A stretch of DNA of 64,000 nt from Balanoglossus misakiensis (lineage: Eukaryota > Animalia > Hemichordata). The stretch covers positions 5,332,001 through 5,396,000 of the forward strand of contig CM082590.2 of assembly GCA_040954595.2 (NCBI GenBank), given 5' to 3'. The notes beneath the pieces are model-generated. The model was not told where the DNA came from, searched no databases, and saw only the letters and a list, made by a program, of their open reading frames with translations. Shown piece by piece: positions 46,901 through 56,759 of the stretch (position 1 is its first letter; every line of letters begins with the position of its first letter). The translations under genes were made by a program, and so were the position numbers.

Positions 46901-49314
46901 AAAATAAAATTCTTCAGTAATTGAACTGACCTTTGATTATGAACAAACAATATCACAAACACCAGGAAATAATACCTAAACTTTTACATCACATTGTATA
47001 AACTTTGTGCATCGATGATATGGTTATGTATTCTAATTACACATAAACGTACACGGCTCACACCAAAATATAGATACATGTACTGGAAAATGCCCGGATG
47101 AGCCCATGGACTCATGATAAGGCAACAGTCTCAAGAGAACGGTGAACAAATGCAATGAAAATATCATCATGAAAGTTTGTCCAAACTGTGTGGGCAAGTT
47201 ATTGCGTAGCTGTAGTAGTGTGTGGGTCGTGCGACAGCTTTGTATACCTGGTCGCTGATGTGCTTCCCAAGAAGCATTTTTGACAGTTTGATAGGGCTTG
47301 CATGATTTCCATACAAGAAACGTGAACAAGGTTATGGTCAATTCATTGTCCAGCCACTCTATTGTTATAGTCTTCAGATTTGGGATCTCGTTCTGTTGGT
47401 CAGAACACGAAATCAACAACCGACGGTCAGCAAAGAACGTCACAGCACGGCTGTCACTACACGGCCAACGGATAACACTTGTTTCCGTTGTTATCAGCCA
47501 TAATGTCACGGTCTATGTAGACTAGTTCCTTTCTATCGGTTATAATGTCTCATTTTATAGTAGTTAACCGTATGCGCATACGGACTGGTCAGTTTCTTCG
47601 GCCGGGGGTGGATTCTATTTTGTGGATATCCAAAAGTGACTGACCGCTCCCCTCCTTCATTGACCATACAAAAGTGGGTGAAACCCCGCCCCCCCCCATC
47701 ACCCAATTCCAAAACAGGGTGACCTCTCCCATGAATACACCGCCCCACCCAAGGCAAAGAAACTGACCAGTCCCTTATTTCGAGATTTTGTTAATTCATA
47801 CACGCGCACAATATCCCTTCATGGAAAAATGTGAATTTTTCTGAGTTTTGATCGCGAATAATAAAACATGGTGCAGACACTGCTGAAAGGAAACCATTCC
47901 ATCGGTGAAATTCTGATCACAAAATACTGGAATTCCAACAAAACGAAACCAATGATCGATACGATATTCCAGGTTAACGACAACCGGCCCATAATGCACT
48001 GCTGAGCACAAAATGTCTGACGTGTAATTTTGTACAGAGGAAGAACTCGCTGGTGTTTAACCCCTCCCCCCCCTCCCGTCTTGTACATGAAGGCAGACGA
48101 CAATAAACCATACGCTGAAAAATGCTAGTAACCCAATAATTTTGCTTGTACACGTAACTGTTCATTAGTACCAAAAAAACTGATGCATGGTGTACCTTAA
48201 TCTTACGTTGAATTGGGATTAAAGCGTTCATTAGCAACTTCTTCACTATGGTATATTAGTGTCACGAGTTTTGGAACAAATATTTTGTTATGAAATTATT
48301 ATTTATGGTCAGTAAATATCACAACTTTATATTTACACACGCACCGATTTAATTGCATTTCTTTTGGGGTTACAACAAATATGTCTTCTTGGGCAGAGAG
48401 TCGGTGTATAAACGTCGAGGGGATAAAATATTCATTGCTTTTTGTTCTTCCAAACTTAAGCGAGGGGTTTGGGGTCAAACGAAAATAGTTGCATTTGACA
48501 TGCCTCACTTTATGCATTATTTTCGTGATTTTACTATCAAATTTCGATTGGTATATTATTAAAAGCCTACTCGTGGGTATGCACACATGTATCATCAACC
48601 TGTCGTGTCGTCTGTCGGCAAAGGATACGGAGAAGATTGAGTCAGCTCATGGGGAATTAATAATTATCCACGACCCCTTATGACCAATACCATGCCTGCT
48701 TCACCTTGAATGAACTCGTTTCGGGTCAAAGGTTATAATTTGATTTGGCGTCAATCTGACTGCCCCATATATAGACACATTGCCGGAATAGTTACAAAGT
48801 AACACAGACATGGATTTCAATGGGCGTTTTATCTAAAGCTAGAACTCGCTCATAAAATTGTGTTTACTTGGGACTTGCTCAACCGGTAAAATTATTTTTG
48901 AAAAATATCGTTCAATGGAGACTTGGACTTGTGAATGGAAAACATTGTGATTAGTGTGACTTTTTTGTCAACTGGGTAATTGTTTATTTATGAATGCACT
49001 ATCTAGCAATAGGCCTACACACAAACACTAGAAGTTTCTATATTTTCCGTGTGTCAGCGCCACAAGTCTAAACGTAACCGTCATATGTTTTGTGACCAAA
49101 ATTTCTCGTTAAATTTACGTGCATGGGGTTGAAGGGAGAAATTTTGAACAACAGTCCTCACCACCACCCCCCCCCCCCCAAAAAAATATAAACCACTCGT
49201 AAAAACAGTCGTCGTACGCGTCACTGCCAGACATCGTTGCCTTTGGTGTGAAATGTCGGTTGCTACAGTTAAGAGTTCACTTACCCGTGGATCCTTATCT
49301 TCTCCGGAAGCCAT
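19757..49314 (-). CDS. ANK-LRR-Roc-COR (ROCO family, kinase-less, MFHAS1/MASL1-like core) gene, 8 coding exons, about 1259 aa
   Basis: join of 49314-49285, 46850-46752, 44689-44591, 43242-43144, 33062-32964, 27494-27396, 24517-24476 and 22969-19757. All introns are phase 0 with GT..AG, and there are no stops in any exon. Confidence 0.85.
24476..24517 (-). CDS. Exon 7: ankyrin C-cap start
   Basis: ttttag|GAT...AAG|gtatgt, 42 nt, DGETPLDFAVRKLK. Confidence 0.85.
27396..27494 (-). CDS. Exon 6: ankyrin repeat (duplicate copy 1)
   Basis: cccatag|ATT...AAA|gtaagt, 99 nt, IGRAPLHYAAQNGSGDVVKLLLQSNASVDVQDK. Confidence 0.9.
29716..30238 (+). repeat. 69-bp tandem array (about 7.5 units)
   Basis: Unit GTGAGAGCCTGGAAATTTCCAAGCACTGACAAGGGTCAGTGGTCGGAAATTTCCAGACACTCAGGGAAT, starting at 29716, 29785, 29854, 29923, 29992, 30061, 30130 and 30199. 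Confidence 0.95.
30302..30690. mobile_element. ~390-bp foldback (long imperfect palindrome) MITE nested in the TIR element
   Basis: Nested pairs: aaggctcc/ggagcctt, ttttatcggg/cccgataaaa, ccgagccgctcgctttctga/tcagaaagcgagcggttcgg, ttgtgtttacc..gagat/atctc..ggtaaacacaa. Confidence 0.75.
31140..31484 (-). repeat. Inverted copy of the 69-bp array (about 5 units)
   Basis: Reverse complement of the 29716-30238 unit. Confidence 0.95.
32964..33062 (-). CDS. Exon 5: ankyrin repeat (duplicate copy 2)
   Basis: cccacag|GAT...ATT|gtaagt, 99 nt, DCWAPLHYAAWKGHGDVVRLLLQSNASINVQSI. Confidence 0.9.
33205..35535 (+). mobile_element. Non-autonomous Helentron/HINE (DINE-1-like) element with a central tandem array
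   Basis: Inserted in a T-run (empty site at about 27636). 5' gtccca..tgggac hairpin, (GTAT/GGAT)n microsatellite, internal ~240-bp repeats, 3' tgggac subTIR and stem-loop agtgtc-ctt-gacgct followed by a T-run. Confidence 0.8.
33745..35381. repeat. ~236-247-bp tandem repeat (about 6.8 units)
   Basis: The marker gacctcaggtgacc occurs at 33892, 34128, 34367, 34603, 34848, 35084 and 35331. Confidence 0.95.
36574..37708 (+). pseudogene. LINE ORF1 with a frameshift near 36830
   Basis: MSQRCEDC...CPKC (putative zinc finger), then in another frame VDDAKNIVF...FVAQQLHRLPPID...SVFVSRL...YSSFRI...LWPTGVLVKPYY. Confidence 0.75.
37719..40484 (+). pseudogene. LINE ORF2 (AP endonuclease plus reverse transcriptase) with a single nonsense codon
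   Basis: SYNLRG, QEHW, GDFNA, LDH, SDH; QFGF, DASKAFD, GVKQGG, YADD. After TAA at 40014-40016 the same frame continues LNYVNVYKYLGH... to a stop at 40484. Confidence 0.9.
43144..43242 (-). CDS. Exon 4: ankyrin repeat (duplicate copy 3)
   Basis: cccacag|TAT...AAT|gtaagt, 99 nt, YGQAPLHNAARYGHGGVVGLLLQSNASIDVKDN. Confidence 0.9.
44591..44689 (-). CDS. Exon 3: ankyrin repeat
   Basis: tttcag|TCT...GAG|gtaagt, 99 nt, SGYTALHVAAEKNKLEAAQLLIDHGADVNAKNE. Confidence 0.92.
45020..45300. repeat. Two-unit tandem duplication (about 140 bp)
   Basis: tactctaacagataaacatggc...tctctgttgatgtaagtt...gctatgaacccaac occurs twice. Confidence 0.75.
45630..45792. mobile_element. Small MITE
   Basis: TIR gatgtagagttagg / cctaactctacatc. 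Confidence 0.55.
46752..46850 (-). CDS. Exon 2: N-terminal (cap-like) ankyrin repeat
   Basis: ttatag|GAT...TGG|gtaagt, 99 nt, DLITAAWNGDVARIQSLIADGYDVNAKGEYDVW. Confidence 0.9.
47580..47775. mobile_element. MITE
   Basis: TIR ggactggtcagtttctt / aagaaactgaccagtcc with a C-run-rich interior. Confidence 0.65.
49285..49314 (-). CDS. Exon 1 coding part (start codon)
   Basis: Strong Kozak context gccATGG; MASGEDKDPR|gtaagt, phase 0, compatible with exon 2. Confidence 0.75.
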
Positions 49315-49453
49315 GGCTACGTTATTGACATTGTGTTGGAATACTTTAAGAATCTGGATCAGTAGCACCGCTTTAGAGTTGAACAAGTTAGCTTCGTAAA
49401 TGTTCTATAATGGCGTCGTCGCCTCCCTGGTCAGGTGATGTTGACAACAAGTT

Positions 49454-49572
49454 GGGGAAACCCCCGATAAATAAGGAAGTACACTACAATGTAAAATAAT
49501 GACAAGAGTTTGGTCAAAGTTCATAACACCAAAAAAGTGTGGCATATACACTTCAATGCTGTGGTGACGTCA
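49454..49572. promoter_or_regulatory. Putative promoter-proximal kappaB, ETS and CRE motifs of the ROCO gene
   Basis: GGGGAAACCCC at 49454-49464, AGGAAGT at 49474-49480 and TGACGTCA at 49565-49572, 140-260 bp upstream of the ATG. Motif matches only. Confidence 0.4.
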
Positions 49573-52500
49573 CAGCAGAATTCCTAGATTTCTGTTTAAA
49601 TCACTAAACTAGTTGGCACCAACAATTTGAATATTTATGTTTTATGACAGTATGAGCAGTGGAATGAAGTGGCCTATTCCCACTTCACAAGCTTCAGTAC
49701 AGGACATAGTCTCGCTTTGCAGACACTTCTCACTTCACTATTTCACCACTGGCGGTGTGACAATGCGAGGAGCGAAGCCAAAAGTGTCTGGGGAGAACAC
49801 AGTCGCATGAGGAGTGTGCTGAGTTTACATGGCGATCACCTATGACACTTTTCTGTGTCATAGGCGATCGCCATGTTATACAATTCAACCCCTGTGCGCC
49901 TGTGGGGGAGAATCACTGCATTCCATTGTGATGACGTACACACAAGACAGGCAATGAATTCAGATATTATAAAGGACCCTTGACCTAGTTGACTTTCATT
50001 CAATGCGTGTCGTGCCAGACAGACTGTGACAGACCGACAGGCACCGTCGTAGTTGACAGCCCAGTGCAGTATAAGATATCGTATGCATGTACTGTGCTGT
50101 CAACTTCAGCAGTGCCTGTAATCATGTGATTGTGAGTCAATATCATTGCACATCTACGACTACATTTTCAATCGAGGATATTGTTTCATTTGTCAGTTGT
50201 GGGTGATTTCCTGTGAGTGTTGAGAAATTTAGTATTTCCCGTCTTTGCAAATTGGCATATTTTTCCAATATGTAGCATTATAGCCAAATACGACATTCTT
50301 GCCGACTGTGTCTTAAAATTTGGAATTGTTGCATGAGAGATTGAAAATCAGAGTATATTATATAAAAATGAACCCACTCTCATACAATCAATTTTAAGTG
50401 GTCAATGACCTTCAATGTACTGTACATTAAAATAAAAGATATAATTCATAAGATATACAAGTAGTAAAGCTTTCCTCAATTATAATTCAAGTGACCATCC
50501 AAAATAATCTATAAACTCAAAAATCTCTGGTAGAATGAAGCTGAAGCAAGTGCTGGCAATTAATGATTTATCTCAAACTGATATTTTTAATCATTTCATC
50601 ACCATGGTTTATATTAAATTCATTGTCTTCTAGAGTAAAATTGGACCTCTATAGCAGGAAATGGGGTTGAAAGGATTAAGGTAGTCTTGTACCTTGAAAA
50701 ATAAAATCTTAAATTTAGACCAAAAATTTTGGGTCATGGTGCAAATTTAAATGAGAGAACCAGGCGATATAATCTCTACCACGTTGTTTCATGAGTCACT
50801 GGACTGACCCATCAGAAGACTAAACTGGCCAGTTTATTACTTTTTGCCTTTTAAAACACATCAACAATTTTCAAGATTAGAAATTCCGGTACTCATACCT
50901 ATCAACACTTGTTGATGTGGTCAGTGGAGGAAACATTGTAAATTATGTATTTTGATGGTTTGCTGTAACCCAGGTTACATCAATTATTAATCAACAGTCA
51001 GAATCTTTCAGCAAAAAAATCTCTGGAAAAGAAGTTTGCTGCCAGGGTGGAAAGAAATTAAATGATCCACCCTTAACTATAAAATTTCGCACAACGGGGG
51101 AATTGAAGAGGCTTATCAATCTAGAATTTGTAAATTGAGACATATTTGAAACGCCATGAGCTGCCACATTCCACATTCACAATAAAATACATACAATCTT
51201 TTCCCTATATCCCCATTACAAATTGCACAATCAAGGCACACTATTGCATACCACAATAGTTGTGTACTCTTTGTATGGAGGCAAATTAAAACAGGCATGG
51301 CACCATTTAATATATCAGTTGTTCAAATTGCAACATCCATCCACAATATGGTGTCGATATAAAGATGTTCTTGTATACCTATCAGTTTAAGCTTATTTAG
51401 ATGGACCAATCTAAAGTTGGAAAGTAAAATCCTGAAAATAATGCAAAAAGTGGCAGCTCTTGAGGATTTAAAGAAGGGCAATTGACACATGACCCACAAC
51501 ACACGCACCGATAAGACTCAGTATAAGACCCACGTTGGCAAACATTTTAGGCAAACATTGACCAGTTGTAATAAAACTGCCGGTCAATTTAATGGGTCTT
51601 ATAAACAGAGAATGGCCTTCACCTGCATCTGATTACATGTTGGAGTCAGTGAGACTCCATGTGTACCAGTGTCCAGTGTGTAATTGTTATCAGCACCGCT
51701 CAACTGCATTCATACTTTTTAAATTAAAACTAAAACTTTGAATATTGTTCCTATTAGCCAACATCGATTGAATTGTTGTTCATATCAGCGCGTTCACACT
51801 CACTCATGTATTAAGTAAAGAAGAGTAAATGACATCCCTGTCCACACAAGAACACTATAAAAGTCATAAGTTTGTCCTTCCATTCATGAGGTTTCTGTAA
51901 CTATTGTTCTTGATATTCCGATGGTTTAGTTTGAAGTTTATTGACATGCGGTCTGTTGAGCTTTGTGTCTTAAAGATTAAATACTGTTTGTAATTTTAGC
52001 TTTACGCCAGTAGACTTAGACGGAAACCACTCCACACTATATATAGCACAGAGTGTTTGTTTAGTCGGCAGAAAAACACTCCACCACAATCAAGTAGCTA
52101 CACACATTGTTTTCAGCAAGATCGCGATAATCTCAGTTGAGCCTCAGGTCATACAGCTGTTTGGCAAAATATTGTCGCAACCATGGCCCCTTCAGAGCAA
52201 CATTTTCTGAGTTGCCAAACGAGGCTGTGGTTTATTTCGCATGTTTTTAAAGTCTAGGGCCGGTCAAAATGTTTATATTTATTTAAACAGGAATAAACGA
52301 TGTCATGTCCACGAATACTCTTTTTTCCTCAAAGAGGGCAAATCAAAATCCAAAAATATTGGGCCGTGTGTAAATGCACATTATCGTAAAGGGGCATGCA
52401 TGCGATAACAGAAAAAACATGGAGACTAAAGTTATAAACTAAAAAACTAATAAACTAAAAAACAACAACATCAATCTAGAATTTGTGAGCTGAGACATGT

Positions 52501-54924
52501 TTCAAGAAGGGCAATTGACATGTCACCCACAACACACGCACCGATAAGAAAAACAGTATAAGACCCACGTTGATAAAAGTTTAGACGGTTCAGCGTAAGT
52601 TTGGATTTCTAATCCTGTACTACTGTTGTCCTCCCTCTTGTCGCTACCAAGTCAATCGGATTCAACGCCCTCCTATGTGCAACGAAGATAACTGTTTTTA
52701 TTACTCAACTGCTTCCAACAGTATAAGACCCACGTTAGCAAATATTTTTAGGCAAACATTGGCCAGTTGGCATAAAACTGTCGATCAATTTTATTGCTCT
52801 TGTCAACAGAGAATGGCCTACACCCGCATCTGATTACATGTTGGAGTCGGTGAGACTCCATGTGTACCAGTGTCTTGTGTGTAATTGCTATCAGCACCGC
52901 TCAACTGCATTCAGACTTTTTAAATTAAAACTTCAACTTTGACTATTGTTCCTAATTACCAACATCGATTGAAGTGTTGTTCATATCAGTGCATTCACAC
53001 TCACTCATGTACTAAGTAAAGAAGTGTAAATGACATCCCTGTCCACACAAGAACATAAGTTTGGCCTTCCATTCATGAGGTTTCTGTGACTATTCTTTAG
53101 GTATTGCTGTTCTAGGTATTTTTTTGATAATCCGATGGTTTACTTTGAAGTTTATTGGTATGCTGTCTGTTCAGCATGGTATGTACATGTACGTAGCAGA
53201 AGCAATTTACTTTGGGTCTTAAAGATTAAATACTGAGTGTTCTATTGGCTTTATGCGTATAGACTTTGACGGAAACCACTCAACACACTTAATATATAGC
53301 ACATGGTGTTTGTTTAGTCGGCAGAAAAACACTCCACCACTATCAAGTATCTACAAACATTTTTTCAACCAGATCGCGATAAAGTCAGGAATTATCATGA
53401 ACTACAGCAGTTTGGAAAAATATTGTCGCAACCATGGCCCCTTGAGAGCAACAGTTTCTGAGTTGCCAAAAGAGGTCGTGGTTTATTTCGCATGTTTCGA
53501 ATTATACTAGTTTAGTATCTAGCCGTATTTTGTCCGCTTTGCTTTCAAAATTATGTCTAGAGTCATGCATGCTACTACATGCCACTGGCCCAATAAAACC
53601 TGGGAATTGTGATGTAACTAGCGTCCCTCTGAAGTCAATCCCAGACTGTTTTTCCTAGGATTGGACAAATGATATACATGTGTGTAATTAAGGATGGATA
53701 ATTTTTATTATTTCAAATTAGCCCCACCTTCACTATAATCTAACGCCCAATCACCAGTGTTCAGGATATGTGATTGACTACAAGGAGGTGCTAGTTACAT
53801 CACAAATCCTGGACTATTCCAGCGCTGGCGAAATGGAACCAATCAGAACGTGCGTCTCATAAGTGTATCGAAATGAAAATTTTAACCGTTACTTCGCCTT
53901 GCCGATTGGTATTATTTTTTTTCTACTGCAGATCGCTGTCCTGCATGAGTGTTGCGTGATTGATGGTGATTCGCTGCTCTGTTTCGGCCTTTGTGTAAAT
54001 CACAGTCGAGGAGTGACCGTGTGTAAATGCATGTGCACATGTCCGCTTATTATCCGGAGACTTCAGTGGAGTCGCTCAGGTCTGACTGTCAAAAGGACAC
54101 CGCTCGAAAAAGTATGCAGTAAATCATGACTTATTGGGTAGAATATTGTATTTCAAGGGGTATATTTTTTTAGAAAATTGGGCCAGGACAGGCATAAATT
54201 TTAGGCCCAGTCAGACGAAATGGTGCCTACAGCACATTGCATAGCTATGTCAGCCCAGCTGTCACATATATTGTGAAAGGCTGGCGCCATACCTGCGTCA
54301 CCTTGAAGGAACTCATGTCGGGTCAGAGGTCATCATTCATTTATATTGCATGACTCCGGTCTGCCATGTTTATAGAAGCACTGTCAGAATGACTACAAAG
54401 TAACACAGGCATGTATTTCAACAGGTGTTTTATCTCAAGCTAGGACCTGCTGCTCATCAAAAGTTAGTTTACAACAGATCAGCGAAAGAGGTTAAATACG
54501 TGTAACCAGAAAAAACTGTAAATAAAATGTCGTCATGAGAGACCGGGACTTCTCTGGGTTTTTTTGTCACACGTTGGATAACCGCGCGTGTATTGAAAAA
54601 AATCACTTAAACATTAACTAGGTCGTAAGACAGATAAACGCCAACTTGATGTAGGTTAATTTAAGTTTACATATAATATCCATAAATCATAAGACCCACA
54701 TTGACAATCAGTTTTAGACGGGTCAATCCACTGTTTGATTTCCATCCCTGTACTACTGCTGTCCTCCCTCTTGTCGCTAACGAGTCAATCGGATTCAACG
54801 CCCTAACACGTGTAATGTAGATAAGCAATCGCTTGCAGTTATTATTGTCGTAAGAATGGCCTTCATCAACACCTTCATCTGATTTTATTTGGAGTCAGTG
54901 AGATTGCATATGTACCAGTGTTAA

Positions 54925-56221
54925 AGGAATTATTACACCTATTTTTATTTCATTTGAGTGTAAAAGATTCATTTAGTAAAATAACCATTTTATCCAAATC
55001 AAGACATTATATTTTGGCTGTGGTTTTCTATAATTAATGATTCATTAATAAAATCGTCGAAATTCATGTCCCTCAGAAAAAATCTCAATTCGTATTTGCC
55101 GCGTATAGACCACGTGACATGACGTCATTGGGGGAAGTCGTTGCCAGTATGTAAACAGTGATATCGTTGCACAGCTTAGCCCAAAGCGAGAGTCCCGCGT
55201 TTCCATCATTATTATCAAACGATGCGTCGTCGGGGCTGTAAAAACACTATCCGTAGTGTACATAGTGTACATAGATTTCCGAAAAGCAAAGGACTGAGAG
55301 AAAAATGGGAGCGCTTCGTACAAACGGCCCAAAGGTCACTACATCACCGTAAAGGTAATGATGAATGGAACTGTACCGGTGTTATGCCAGTTTTGGGTAA
55401 TCGGTCGCTTGTGAACAGGGAGTTTATCTGTGATATTTATGTATGAAATTTGTCGTCCCATTACGTTTTTTTCACAACTGAGATGTCAGCAATGATGTTT
55501 TAGTACGGACCGTGTCGGCATGGCGTAGTGCCGCGCACCGGGTTCTTAGTGTATATATCGGTGATCAGACGAGCGCAGACCTCCGTATCAGGAGGCAGAT
55601 CTGCTATGAGAATATTTGAGTTTCACTGAACCACTCCCTGAATATTTATTGTAAAATAAAAACAAACAAACAGAAAATGATGCTTATTCACCAATCTATA
55701 TTTCCCACTCGAGAAGACTCTGGCGAATCTCGACCCGCGCTTGCAGGCATTTCTTCGCTCGGTACATCGACAGATTCCCCACCAGCCCGAACAGGTTGAG
55801 GAGAGACCTCACCTCACGCCTTGCTGGTTCAAATCTATACGGCTGTGACAGGAATTTCCTTGAAAGCAGCGACGAAGAGCCCAAAACTCTCCATCGCTAC
55901 TGTCTGAATCTTATACTCTCCCAACAAAATGCCTCGTCACTGACCGTGTTTACCGTTGACGCCATAAAAGTCAAGTAGACGACATGTACGCCTCTCGATG
56001 CGATGAATTGTAGACTAAAAGCGAAGGAGAGCCCCCAATGACGTCACATGTAACGGGGCCGTTCAGACAGAGATTTTTTTGAAGGAGTGAACATTTATTA
56101 GGATAACATTTATTCATCGACGAGAATAAAAAAAAAACGACACCAGAATTCAAATCATGAATGCAATTTTAGTTTACAGTCAAACAATGAAAAATATTTT
56201 TTGATAGGTGTAATAAACTCT
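54925..56221. mobile_element. Kolobok internal-deletion derivative with a THAP remnant
   Basis: TTAA TSDs (54921-54924, 56222-56225) and TIR aggaattattacacctat / ataggtgtaataaactct. + strand RCVVG/GCKN..HRFPKSKGLREKWERFV (THAP). Empty site TTAA at 61155-61158. Confidence 0.85.
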
Positions 56222-56605
56222 TTAATTGTGTCATCTTTATCAGCACCGTTCATTCGCATTAATCCTTTTCGAATAAGATTTATTAAAACCGAGACCAGTA
56301 TTCATAAAATTGTCAGCCAATATTGATGTTATTGCTGTTATCAGCGCTCTCTCAGTGGTACGAAGTAAAGGAGTATGGGGGATATTTGTGACCTGGCCAC
56401 TATAAAATGTATTCATAAATTTAACCTTTCAACTATGATGTTTGGGACTATACGTACATCAAGAATTGTTGTTGTGGATATTCCGATCCGTGGAATCCGT
56501 TTTGAAATTAATTGTCATACAAACAATCTATTCAGCTTGTAATCAGAAGATATTTACTTAGGGTCTTAAAGATTAAATACATGTATACTGTTTATTGTTT
56601 TGGCT

Positions 56606-56759
56606 TTCCCCCGTATTTCGAACGAGTGTGCCTGCTTCGCGGACGAGTGATTCCCCGTATAGCGGCCGTATCCCTCCGAGCCGCAGGCGAGGAGGGATAC
56701 AGCTATACGGGGAATCACGAGTTCGCGACGCAGGTACACGTGTGAGGAATACGGGGGAA
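56606..56759 (+). other. 154-nt GC-rich rod-like hairpin
   Basis: Nested stems: ttcccccgtatt/aatacgggggaa, gtgtgcctgc/gcaggtacac, tcgcggac/gttcgcga, gtgattccccgtatagc/gctatacggggaatcac, gtatccctcc/ggagggatac; loop gagccgcaggcga. Confidence 0.8.
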
